A program made the position numbers and the translations under genes. The notes below the pieces were generated by a model, which saw only the letters and a program-made list of their open reading frames with translations, did not search any database and was not told the DNA's origin. From IMG/VR virus record IMGVR_UViG_3300023179_000009, positions 394,814 to 458,813 of that record: a stretch of 64,000 nt of DNA; one strand, given 5' to 3'. Shown here piece by piece: positions 31,463 through 40,574 of this stretch; the first letter of the stretch is position 1; each line of letters starts with the position of its first letter.

Positions 31463-31551
31463 ATTTTTTCTAACTTAAAATTCAAAGTCTCAAAGTTGTA
31501 ATCAATTTGAGAAAAAATATTTTATATAAATAAACTTATATGTCCATAGTC

Positions 31552-31866
31552 TTAAAAATAAATTTTATGTCTTAAAAAACAATCTTTTTTAAGATTGTTT
31601 TTGTTGATGGGACATATCTTTTTCTCAACAACTTGCACTTGTTTTCCAAATTGATCTTGTTTAAAAGTAACTATTGTTTGCAATTTACCATATTTTTTTT
31701 GCCACAAATCTAAAGGAGAATCACCTAAGGCCAAAGATGGACTATTGCAGTTTGATTTTTGCTGGCAACAGCCGCAACCGCTATTGTTCTCGGGCTTTTT
31801 TCTTCTTTGATATTCTAGGGAAGATTTGCCGGGACTATAGTCAAAACAAGACATTTTTAACCTCAA
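31552..31866 (-). CDS. Hypothetical protein with CGCC motif
   Basis: 104-aa ORF overlapping the metalloprotease stop. Confidence 0.4.
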   Translation of the reverse strand: MRLKMSCFDYSPGKSSLEYQRRKKPENNSGCGCCQQKSNCNSPSLALGDSPLDLWQKKYGKLQTIVTFKQDQFGKQVQVVEKKICPINKNNLKKDCFLRHKIYF

Positions 31867-33308
31867 GAAATAAATTTTCTTTGTAATTTTCCATTTACAA
31901 TTTCAAAGGGAGCGTTTGCATTTTGGGAAACTTGATTTGTTTCTTTTAAATAGTTTAAAGCATCCATTGCACCCACTATGTCCTCTTCTTCGGTTGTTGA
32001 TAGGGAGTCGTAAATATTATTGTTTAGATCATAAAGATAAATTTTTTCGTTTGGAATTTCTACTTCAACATCGTAAAGAAAATTTTGTTCGGATTGTGAG
32101 GAAATTATATAATCTTTTAATTTTATACTCAGGAGATTCGATTTTTTAACAAAAAATTCGTTATTTTCACATTTTGGAGCCGAAAGCATTTTCACTTGTG
32201 TTGTTAATAAATTTCTTTTCTTAAAAATTTCTTGTATTTTATCTTGATATTTTCCATCCCCCAAGATCATGTCAGCCCACAGTATTGTTTTTGCTACTGA
32301 TTGGTAAAATTTAGAGTTTAAAGGAGCGTGTTGCATTGCTTTTAAAACATATTTTAAAGAAATGTCTCTTGATTGTTTTAAAGACTCCAAACAATCTAAG
32401 GAATTTCTTTTGTCTTCGTATATCAAAACTATTAAATCATAAAAAGCACCCAAAAAGATACGACCAAAACTGTGGCACTCAGCCGCAATATTATCATCTG
32501 TGTTCTCTGCTGGTAAAGAATTTGGATTAACATACTTAAAGTCATTTATTGCAGATCTTAAACAATCTTTATTTCTTCCGGAGTTGGGCTTCGACAACTT
32601 ATAAACCGCTTGTCCAAATTGTTCGGCCAAATTTGATATTATGTTTGGCTTTTTCATGTCGCCATTCGTTTGATTAATCGCATATTCTAATATTTCTTGA
32701 TGACTCATTATGTTTACAATCGCTATAAAATCAGCGAATGCTTCGTGCATTGACATTATTTCTAAAGACATGGCACTCCAAGTCTCTGGTCTATAGGCGT
32801 CAAGTATTGCGTGTCCTAATTCATGTGCCACAATATCGCTTGAATCGCAAGCAAATAAGGATCCGCCTATTTGTGGATTATTAATATAAAAAAATCTCAA
32901 GGATTTACGGTCATAGTAAGCATTTAAGTCAACGCCAGCTCTTGGAAAAACTTGTAAAGAAGAAGCCCCAGGCCAGTTTGGTATTTTTTTATTTGTTTGA
33001 GAATTTACAACGTTTAGAGTATTTGAAATTGTAATATAGCAATTTGCTGCTTGTCCTTCCGCCGATATTCTATTATACCCGCCACCTTTGTATCCTATAA
33101 TGTTAAAAAATGGAGCATTAGTTTGTTGAGGAGGTATAATTTTTTTTGTTAAAAGTGGAGTAGATGGGTCACTAATCAGGTAGTCTACTGGTTTACTATT
33201 CGAAACATTTTCTTTTTTAATTATTTTTGTCTCAACCCTGCTTCTTAATATAGAAGAAAAATGTTTTTTAAGGTTAAAATAATTAATAAATTTTTCAAAT
33301 AAATACAT
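31863..33308 (-). CDS. Zinc metallopeptidase, thermolysin/fungalysin (M4/M36)-like
   Basis: LNAYYD, IVAHELGHAILD (HExxH), HEAFADF third ligand, ECHSFGRIF. Confidence 0.85.
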   Translation of the reverse strand: MYLFEKFINYFNLKKHFSSILRSRVETKIIKKENVSNSKPVDYLISDPSTPLLTKKIIPPQQTNAPFFNIIGYKGGGYNRISAEGQAANCYITISNTLNVVNSQTNKKIPNWPGASSLQVFPRAGVDLNAYYDRKSLRFFYINNPQIGGSLFACDSSDIVAHELGHAILDAYRPETWSAMSLEIMSMHEAFADFIAIVNIMSHQEILEYAINQTNGDMKKPNIISNLAEQFGQAVYKLSKPNSGRNKDCLRSAINDFKYVNPNSLPAENTDDNIAAECHSFGRIFLGAFYDLIVLIYEDKRNSLDCLESLKQSRDISLKYVLKAMQHAPLNSKFYQSVAKTILWADMILGDGKYQDKIQEIFKKRNLLTTQVKMLSAPKCENNEFFVKKSNLLSIKLKDYIISSQSEQNFLYDVEVEIPNEKIYLYDLNNNIYDSLSTTEEEDIVGAMDALNYLKETNQVSQNANAPFEIVNGKLQRKFIS

Positions 33309-33353
33309 AATCTAATTCTCCTTTTTTATATTTATAATTACTAATATCCAGTT

Positions 33354-33926
33354 ATGGCGAATCATAAAGAAAACATAATACGTGAAAAAAGAACGCTTGA
33401 AGCAACAAAAAAAAATTTTATGGGGCCATCGGGTAAATTTGGAGTTATCTTGCAAGTTTTTGGAACCCCTGTCGTGAGACAAGGCTCTGGCTTGTATGAA
33501 TCAAATTTACTGGAAGATTGCAATAAAATAGATAATGACCATAGCTATGAGTCAACAGCAAGCGGACAGGCTGGGCCATTGATTGACAAAGGCGAAATTG
33601 GAAATTTAGATTTTGATTTTATTCAAAATGAGGGAGTCTTATTTGATGGATTAAGTAAAGGCGTGCATTTAGAAATTATTTATTGGCAATCTAGCAATCA
33701 ATTAAAAGTCTCTTATAAAGGTCGTCTAGTTTATCTAGAAATAGCTGGCGAACTGGAGGGATACGTTCCTTTTGATGAATGGGAAAATATAATTAACCGT
33801 TTATTTGAAATTTCTAAAAATAAATTAAAAGATAAAAATCTAATTAAAGAAAAAGAACAAAAAGAAACTATAAATAAAAATAAACTTAAATTTCTGGAAA
33901 ATATTAAAAATAGATGGGGTATCTAA
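33354..33926 (+). CDS. Hypothetical protein
   Basis: 190-aa ORF. Confidence 0.55.
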   Translation: MANHKENIIREKRTLEATKKNFMGPSGKFGVILQVFGTPVVRQGSGLYESNLLEDCNKIDNDHSYESTASGQAGPLIDKGEIGNLDFDFIQNEGVLFDGLSKGVHLEIIYWQSSNQLKVSYKGRLVYLEIAGELEGYVPFDEWENIINRLFEISKNKLKDKNLIKEKEQKETINKNKLKFLENIKNRWGI

Positions 33927-33977
33927 ATATTTAAAATTAAAATCATAAATAAGTTAAACCAAAAGGTAAGGTGAAAA

Positions 33978-34403
33978 ATGTCCGACAACAATTCAGAGGA
34001 TGTAAAAATTGAAGAATTTCAACTAGAGGATGGAAGGCGTGCTGAGAAGCATGTTGTTATAGATGAAAAGGGCGTTGAAGTTGAAGAGGTTTTTGCAGAG
34101 CAAAAACCTGTTCTGAAAATTGAAAAAAGAATTATTCGTGAATCAAAAAATATAGTAGTCAAAGAAATTCATCAAACTTTAAAGGATGGAAACGTTGTTG
34201 ATGAAAATGTTTTTGAAATTAGTCCAGAAGCTTTCAGTTTGACTAAAAAAGAAAAAGTCACAAAAAGTGTTGTAAAGGCTGTTGATTTAATTGAAGAAAA
34301 AGTTGAAAACAAGAATAAAACCAATAATATTGTAAATATTGTATTAGTATCATTGATAGTTTTACAAATTGTATTTTTATTGGGCTATTTGCTTTGGAAC
34401 TAA
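33978..34403 (+). CDS. Tail-anchored membrane protein
   Basis: Acidic soluble region followed by one C-terminal hydrophobic helix; AAGGTGA SD. Confidence 0.6.
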   Translation: MSDNNSEDVKIEEFQLEDGRRAEKHVVIDEKGVEVEEVFAEQKPVLKIEKRIIRESKNIVVKEIHQTLKDGNVVDENVFEISPEAFSLTKKEKVTKSVVKAVDLIEEKVENKNKTNNIVNIVLVSLIVLQIVFLLGYLLWN

Positions 34404-34410
34404 AAACAAA

Positions 34411-34441
34411 AAAAGCAAGCCTTTTTAGGGGCTTGCTTTTT
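34411..34441. terminator. Bidirectional rho-independent terminator
   Basis: AAAAGCAAGCC / GGCTTGCTTTT hairpin between convergent genes. Confidence 0.8.
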
Positions 34442-34464
34442 GTTTTCAACAACGAACAAGTTGT

Positions 34465-34824
34465 TCAGTCAACAAACATGGCTGCGATTGGGAATCTTTC
34501 CAAAGTAGTTGAAGTAACATTCTTTCTCTTGGCTTTTGCAGCAACCTTAAGCCTGCTGTAATCGTTCCATCTTGCAATTCTGTCTTTTCGATAACTCTTG
34601 ATCTTTTTCCCAACTTCAGAAATTGTTCTTGACACATTTCCTTCTCTTAGCTCGTAACCCCTGATTTGTTCCTTTGTTTCTTCAACAACTAAAACAGTTC
34701 TTCTTACAGGGTGACTGTGGTTGCCTTGGTAATAAAACTTTGCAACTGGCAGTCTCGAAACCGGCTCGTAAACTTTATTAACAGTCTTCATTGAAATCCC
34801 TTTTGTTAGTGTTAATGTCCACAC
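34465..34824 (-). CDS. Stand-alone WYL-like domain protein
   Basis: FYY...RRTV...GYELR...KSYRKDRI resembles the WYL (SH3-like) pattern. Confidence 0.5.
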   Translation of the reverse strand: MWTLTLTKGISMKTVNKVYEPVSRLPVAKFYYQGNHSHPVRRTVLVVEETKEQIRGYELREGNVSRTISEVGKKIKSYRKDRIARWNDYSRLKVAAKAKRKNVTSTTLERFPIAAMFVD

Positions 34825-34843
34825 GCTTTTGGCGATAAATCAT

Positions 34844-34872
34844 TTTATATTAAAAAATAAATTATTTGTCAA
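34844..34872 (-). promoter_or_regulatory. Sigma70-type promoter TTGACA-N17-TATAAA
   Basis: Perfect -35 and near-perfect -10 with 17-nt spacing upstream of the WYL-like gene. Confidence 0.75.
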
Positions 34873-35321
34873 ACGCATTTTTCTTTAAGATATGGAAGTA
34901 TGAATTGGTTAAGTTCCAATGCTGTTTTTTGGCTATCCTGCAATTGATCTTCGTAGAATAAGTGAACGTAAGATTCGTGAGCGTTACCCGAATCAGTTGA
35001 CGTTTCTCGTAATCTCACAGCATACAAGTTTGATACTTCTTGCTCCATTTCTTGAGCATATTTTAAAATTTCAAAAGGACAGGTCAGGTCTATGGGGAAC
35101 GGGTTTGCTTCTTGTTGTGGGATGCCGCCTAATTGCACTATAAGACGAGCAAATTCCTCCACGTGCTTGTGTTCTTCAAATGATTCTTTAATCAAAAACT
35201 CAGAGAGTTCCTCTCTGTGGAGACCTTGGATCATTGTGCCTGCTTGCAGGTAAAAAAGCATATGCTTTCTTTCATTTTTTAAATCATTTTGAAGCATCAA
35301 GATTAAATCGTCATTTTTCAT
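34869..35321 (-). CDS. Ferritin/bacterioferritin-like di-iron protein
   Basis: E-x-x-H motifs (ESFEEHKH), LIVQLGGIP, AQEMEQE four-helix-bundle pattern. Confidence 0.85.
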   Translation of the reverse strand: MKNDDLILMLQNDLKNERKHMLFYLQAGTMIQGLHREELSEFLIKESFEEHKHVEEFARLIVQLGGIPQQEANPFPIDLTCPFEILKYAQEMEQEVSNLYAVRLRETSTDSGNAHESYVHLFYEDQLQDSQKTALELNQFILPYLKEKCV

Positions 35322-36454
35322 TTTTGTTCCTTGTGATAATGATGATTGAATGGCATCTCTGGGTTGCCGTGATCATGATTGTAATCCATTTGTTTAAATT
35401 TAGCAAAATTAAATTCGGGGGCAGATTTTGAATTGATAATATTTAAGCCCAACTCAAAAGCATATTTTGTAATTTGTTCTAACCCCTCATAATTAATTTT
35501 ATCTGGTGTGTCGTCGGGGGTGTGATAATTAGAGTGAAGACCTGTGTGTAAAAAAGCTATTGGTATTTTTTTGTTGTAAAAAGAAGCATGATCTGATCCC
35601 CCCGAGGTTCTTCCTGTAATTTTTTTTGCAAATTTGTATTTTTGATTTAAATCATTAATTATTCTACTGACATCGAAGGAACTATCACCTTCTGAAAATC
35701 CAGCAAAATAATGCCCTTTATCCAAATAACCAACCATGTCTAAATTGATCATAAAAACATGTTTTTTTATATCGGGTTTTTCTTCTGGGAATAAAGGATT
35801 TTCACAATAGTGACGACTGCCAATCAGACCCATCTCTTCTGCTGAGTAGGCTTGAAAAACAACCGTTCTTTTAAGATCTTCTTTTATTAAAGAAAACGCT
35901 TTTGCCAATTCTATCAAAGCCACTGTTCCAGATGCGTTATCGTCGGCACCTGGATGAACTTCTCTTCTATTTGGGGTTCTACTCATTGATGGCCCATAAC
36001 CTATATGGTCCATGTGAGCGCCGATCACTACAATTTCATCCTTAACATTTTTGTCATTTCCTTTTATTATTGCATAAATGTTTTGGGTAAAGTCATCGCC
36101 CGATTCATTTTTTGGTCCGAAATTTGTTTTTCTTATAGAAAATTTTTGATAAAAAGTTTTTAATCCAAAACTTTCAAATTTCTTTTTTATGAACTCTGCG
36201 GCCATTATATTGCCTTTTTTGCCGCTCATTCTTCCTTCTAGTTCATTACTAGATAAATAATCTAAGTCTTGTTTAAGATTTTTTGATGAAATTCCAGATA
36301 TCGCTTGTTCAATTGTGTTTTTTGGTGTGTTATCTATTTTTTCAACTTTTGGTTCATTTGGTTTTATTGGTTTTTCTTTTTTATATTCAATCAATAGTAT
36401 TGATACAAAGATGATTGTTGTTACGCAAAATAATATTGGTATTAATTTTTTCAT
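35318..36454 (-). CDS. M28 family aminopeptidase with N-terminal membrane anchor
   Basis: GAHMDH, GADDNASG, SAEEMGLIGS, NLDMVG, SDHASF, YHTPDD. Confidence 0.9.
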   Translation of the reverse strand: MKKLIPILFCVTTIIFVSILLIEYKKEKPIKPNEPKVEKIDNTPKNTIEQAISGISSKNLKQDLDYLSSNELEGRMSGKKGNIMAAEFIKKKFESFGLKTFYQKFSIRKTNFGPKNESGDDFTQNIYAIIKGNDKNVKDEIVVIGAHMDHIGYGPSMSRTPNRREVHPGADDNASGTVALIELAKAFSLIKEDLKRTVVFQAYSAEEMGLIGSRHYCENPLFPEEKPDIKKHVFMINLDMVGYLDKGHYFAGFSEGDSSFDVSRIINDLNQKYKFAKKITGRTSGGSDHASFYNKKIPIAFLHTGLHSNYHTPDDTPDKINYEGLEQITKYAFELGLNIINSKSAPEFNFAKFKQMDYNHDHGNPEMPFNHHYHKEQK

Positions 36455-36503
36455 TGTTTGCCTCTAACTAAATTATAGTGTTAAACTTTTAAATAGAAAT
36501 TTT

Positions 36504-38330
36504 ATGGGTATAGCTGGGGAAAATATAGATCCCAACTGGAAGATCAAATATAAATCTCTAAAAGAATTTTATAAAAGTGAATATGATTCAAAATATTTTA
36601 CTTTTAACAAATATGAGTTAGAAATTGATCCGTTGGAAAGTTTTGAAGAAGTTGAAGCATATGACTTCAATAAACAAAAAAAAGAATTGATGAAGTGTGC
36701 TTTGTCATTTTCTTATTTTTGTCACAAATACGTAAAAATTGCACATCCCAAACGAGGATTATTGCCATTTGTTTTGTACAACTACCAAAGAAGGTGTGTG
36801 CAAGAATATGAAAATCATCGATTCAATATATTATCAAAATTCAGACAGGGGGGACTTACAACCGTTACAGTTTTATGGTGCATGTGGCGATGTATGTTCA
36901 AATTAGATGAAACAATAATGGTTTTATCAAAATCTGATCGTGAGGCTATTGCAGCAGGTGAGATAGTTAAACGTGGACTCATAGAGTTGCCATCTTGGAT
37001 GAGACCAGATATGGATAAGAATAATGACCATCAAAAATTATTCAATGAAACAGGTTGTAAATTATTTTTCTACACACCAGAGGCTGCTCGTGGTCGCTCT
37101 ATTACATATCTTGTTTTGGACGAAGCAGCGTTTATTCCTCAGATGGAGAAACACTGGAAAGCCATGTTTCCCACCATAAGCACTGGTGGACATTGTATCA
37201 CAATATCCACGGTTAACGGCGTGGGAAATTGGTATTATGATATTTTTCAAGGAGCAAAGAAAAAAGAAAATGATTTTCATGTAATCGAATTAGATTATTG
37301 GGAACACCCCGAATACAACGACGCCAACTGGGTCAAGGCAACACGAGCGCAACTCGGAGAAAAAGGATGGCTTCAAGAAGTTATGCGTGACTTTCTTGGT
37401 GCTGGAGATTCGTACATCCCGACAGATGTGATTGTGGATTTAGATTTGGTTACCCAGCAAATAGAGCCGATAAGAATGTTGTTTCCTCAATGGAACAATT
37501 TGGAAGAAGCTCGTGAACAGCGAATTACCGATATGGACTCTTGGACCAGGGGGGCCTTTCATATTTGGCGTGAGCCAATTGAAGGAAGAGACTACATAAT
37601 GGGGATAGATTGCTCGGCCGGTTTAGGAGAAGACAATGACAACTCTGTTATACAAGTTATAGACGCCGTTACTTGCGAGCAAGTTGCTGAATTTTATTCC
37701 AACTTATGCCCACCTTATAACTTTGCTCAAGTTGTTGCAATGGTGGGGAGACTTTATAACAACGCTCAAATTGTTGTTGAAGACAATGGCGGATATGGAA
37801 CGAGTGTTTTGGAAAAATTACAACATGAATTTTTTTATGAAAATCTTTTTGAATCTTCTCAGGGAACTAACAAAAACCCAAAACCAGGAATTAAAACAAC
37901 ACATAGTAACCGACCTAAGTTTTTAGAAATGATTCAAACACGATTAGTTAACAAAAGCATGGCGATTAGATCGAGAAGGCTCGTTAAAGAGCTAAAGGGA
38001 TTTATTTGGAACACAGCAACGAAACGTGCAGAGGCAACCAAGGGCTTTCACGACGATGCCATTATGGCCTTGTGCTTGGCTCTATACGCAAAAGAGTCAA
38101 AAAATAGGGGCGTTCCCATGGGGTCTGCTGAGACCGGTGAATCCTATACAGAAACTTATAAAGCTGAAATTTATGAAGAAATAAAAAAAGAACTATCCAA
38201 AGACAGCCCGGATGATTGGATGGAATCTGGGGACGACTATCTTATGGGCAAAATAAACGATTCTGATGCTTCTTTGTATTATAAGTCCAAACGACCACAA
38301 GATGATTTACTTAAAGAATTCGGATGGTAG
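36504..38330 (+). CDS. terL: Terminase large subunit (T4 gp17-like)
   Basis: KFRQGGLTT, Walker B LVLDEAAF, ISTVNG, nuclease GIDCSAG and HDDAIMA. Confidence 0.95.
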   Translation: MGIAGENIDPNWKIKYKSLKEFYKSEYDSKYFTFNKYELEIDPLESFEEVEAYDFNKQKKELMKCALSFSYFCHKYVKIAHPKRGLLPFVLYNYQRRCVQEYENHRFNILSKFRQGGLTTVTVLWCMWRCMFKLDETIMVLSKSDREAIAAGEIVKRGLIELPSWMRPDMDKNNDHQKLFNETGCKLFFYTPEAARGRSITYLVLDEAAFIPQMEKHWKAMFPTISTGGHCITISTVNGVGNWYYDIFQGAKKKENDFHVIELDYWEHPEYNDANWVKATRAQLGEKGWLQEVMRDFLGAGDSYIPTDVIVDLDLVTQQIEPIRMLFPQWNNLEEAREQRITDMDSWTRGAFHIWREPIEGRDYIMGIDCSAGLGEDNDNSVIQVIDAVTCEQVAEFYSNLCPPYNFAQVVAMVGRLYNNAQIVVEDNGGYGTSVLEKLQHEFFYENLFESSQGTNKNPKPGIKTTHSNRPKFLEMIQTRLVNKSMAIRSRRLVKELKGFIWNTATKRAEATKGFHDDAIMALCLALYAKESKNRGVPMGSAETGESYTETYKAEIYEEIKKELSKDSPDDWMESGDDYLMGKINDSDASLYYKSKRPQDDLLKEFGW

Positions 38331-38671
38331 CAATGATTAAAAACAATATTGAAAAAACTAACAATCTTTTGAAACAAATTTTACAATTATTGCCAAAAGA
38401 TAAAAAAGATTTTAATGAAACTAGACTCCATGTAAAGAATGCTATTAAAAGTCTTGATAAGGTAAATCAAAAAATTTTTAAAAAAAATAATCAAGCAGAG
38501 TCGTGGTGGGCAAATGTTTGTGATGGGGTTTTCAAAAATCAACTGTCTGATAATGCTGATTCTAATTTACAAAAATTAAAAATAATAGACTCGCTGATCC
38601 AGGACCAAAACAAAATTTTGGATAATTCTAAAAAACAAAATATTACAAAAAAAGAATTGCTAAGCGAATAA
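38324..38671 (+). CDS. Hypothetical protein
   Basis: Coiled-coil-like ORF following the terminase. Confidence 0.5.
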   Translation: MVAMIKNNIEKTNNLLKQILQLLPKDKKDFNETRLHVKNAIKSLDKVNQKIFKKNNQAESWWANVCDGVFKNQLSDNADSNLQKLKIIDSLIQDQNKILDNSKKQNITKKELLSE

Positions 38672-38707
38672 TATATAAAATCGTATTATTTTTTTGGAGT
38701 TTATTCT

Positions 38708-39535
38708 ATGGCACTAACATTTTCAGAGTATAAAAAGACAAGAGATCAAAGTAATTTTGATCACAAATTTAACAAACTTTGTGAAGGCATAGTTTTAAGT
38801 AATTTGAGTTTTGAACAATATTGGGAAAATTATGCCATACCAACGCTTTTAGAATCCACTTTTGTTTCGGACGAAGAACAACTGTTGAATGAATTTTTTG
38901 GTTTATTTGGAGGAAAAAAACAAAATAATAACACCAACTCACCAAATTTTGATTTTTTAAATGAGCCAAAACAAACTCCAAAACCTTACGGCTCAGGTGT
39001 GTCGTCGGTAAATGCCCCAGGCACAGGCGTGTCTTCAACAAATGACCCTGATTTGATACAAAATTATCAAGCGATGCAAAAAGATGCTCAAGAAAGAAAA
39101 AAAGCAGAGCGTTTGGGTCAATTTCAAAAAAACATAGACGCACAAATAGAAACTGTAAAGCAGAGATTCTCAACTGCGATGAAAGACTTTTTAAAGGCTA
39201 TGACAAATGATGCGAAACAAAGCAATGATCCCCACATGTGGAAAATAGCACAAAATTTTTATAAAAAGATACTTTCTGTAGCGCAACCTGTTGTGGATGA
39301 GTTTAAAATGCAAGCCAGGTACGGCAAGGCTTCGTACAAAGATAATTTTAATAGGCTGACTGATCGCCATCAACAAAAAGTTGGAGATTTTTATGGCAAT
39401 CTAGGCAAGTCTGTCGCTGGTAATACCGTTCCTTCGAATGTCGGTGGAAGTCAATCGCCATCGCCCGCTTCGAATATTGTTATCCCTGGGCAGCAACCCC
39501 AAAAACAACCTCAAAAAATTTGGACGCCCGGTTAA
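38708..39535 (+). CDS. Hypothetical protein with CTS-like N-terminus
   Basis: Begins MALTFSEYKK; GGAG SD; LLNEFFGLFG internal motif. Confidence 0.55.
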   Translation: MALTFSEYKKTRDQSNFDHKFNKLCEGIVLSNLSFEQYWENYAIPTLLESTFVSDEEQLLNEFFGLFGGKKQNNNTNSPNFDFLNEPKQTPKPYGSGVSSVNAPGTGVSSTNDPDLIQNYQAMQKDAQERKKAERLGQFQKNIDAQIETVKQRFSTAMKDFLKAMTNDAKQSNDPHMWKIAQNFYKKILSVAQPVVDEFKMQARYGKASYKDNFNRLTDRHQQKVGDFYGNLGKSVAGNTVPSNVGGSQSPSPASNIVIPGQQPQKQPQKIWTPG

Positions 39536-39573
39536 AGAAGTTAAATTTAACACTTTGATTCATTAATATTTCC

Positions 39574-40095
39574 ATGTTAAATGGGAAATACGAATACTCA
39601 TCGGTCCACATAGAAGTTCCTTGTGATTTATCAAAAAAAATCATCAACTGGGGGATAAAAAATATTCAAGATAAAGACCTTCATTATTCTAAAAAAAAAG
39701 AAGTTAATTTTGGAAGAGAAGATGAAATTCACGTGACAATTTTATATGGGATACACTCTGACTGCCATAAAAAAACAACAAATATAATAAAAGATTACGG
39801 ACAGGTTGACTGTTGTTTGGGAGAAATTCAAATATTTAAAGACCCCGAAGGTTACGATGTGGTTGTTATAGATGTTTTAAGTGAAGATTTATTTAAATTA
39901 AATGAGTTGATTGTTAAAAACATTAAACACACCAACAAATATAAAACATACAAACCACACGTTACAATAGCCTATGTTAAAAAAAATAGAAATTGGGACA
40001 AACTAAACAAAGATTTTTTTAAAGATATTAAATTTACTTCAAATCACGCAGTTTTTTCATCTAAAAATGGATTGAAATATGGATTTTTCCTCTAA
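39574..40095 (+). CDS. 2H phosphoesterase (LigT-like; Acb1/T4 57B-like)
   Basis: Two HxT motifs: EIHVTILYG and KPHVTIAYV. Confidence 0.85.
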   Translation: MLNGKYEYSSVHIEVPCDLSKKIINWGIKNIQDKDLHYSKKKEVNFGREDEIHVTILYGIHSDCHKKTTNIIKDYGQVDCCLGEIQIFKDPEGYDVVVIDVLSEDLFKLNELIVKNIKHTNKYKTYKPHVTIAYVKKNRNWDKLNKDFFKDIKFTSNHAVFSSKNGLKYGFFL

Positions 40096-40491
40096 GGGTG
40101 GATTCCACAAAGAAAATGGAGATCTTTTTTTGTATTGTTTCAATCCTTGCACTCTATAGGACCAGTAGTCCTCGGCTTGTTTTTGGCTATAATTATATTT
40201 ATTTTTTAATTCTTCTTCGCAATCTTTAAAATCACATGACCAAAATATAATTTTATAATAGTCACATAAATGTTTCATTGTAAAATCTTTATTATGAAAA
40301 ATAACGTCCACCCAAATGCTCACAGAACTGTTGCGTCTGTGAATTTGAGATGTGAGCAATGAAACATCTGTTGGGTGTTTGTAGCTATTGCCGGTTTGAA
40401 AGACTTGAATATAAGAATTTTTTTCTAATAATTTAGATAATTTTTCCCAACCAGAGCCTAGGTGCGTCATTATAAACAATGTGTTGTACAT
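40057..40491 (-). CDS. Hypothetical protein, possibly degenerate sulfotransferase/P-loop fold
   Basis: LFIMTHLGSGWEKLSKLL resembles a 5'-PSB loop. Confidence 0.3.
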   Translation of the reverse strand: MYNTLFIMTHLGSGWEKLSKLLEKNSYIQVFQTGNSYKHPTDVSLLTSQIHRRNSSVSIWVDVIFHNKDFTMKHLCDYYKIIFWSCDFKDCEEELKNKYNYSQKQAEDYWSYRVQGLKQYKKRSPFSLWNPPLEEKSIFQSIFR

Positions 40492-40574
40492 ACTCTAATA
40501 CAATAATAGAAATTTAAATTTAAATTAATAACTACTTGAGTCAATTAATTTTTTGACAAGAACGGAGAGATCTA

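Noticed and set aside
36504-38330. Inactive terminase because Walker A lacks GKT
   Set aside because: The K-x-R-Q-x-G-x-T/S variant is a common deviant Walker A in large terminases; the other motifs are intact
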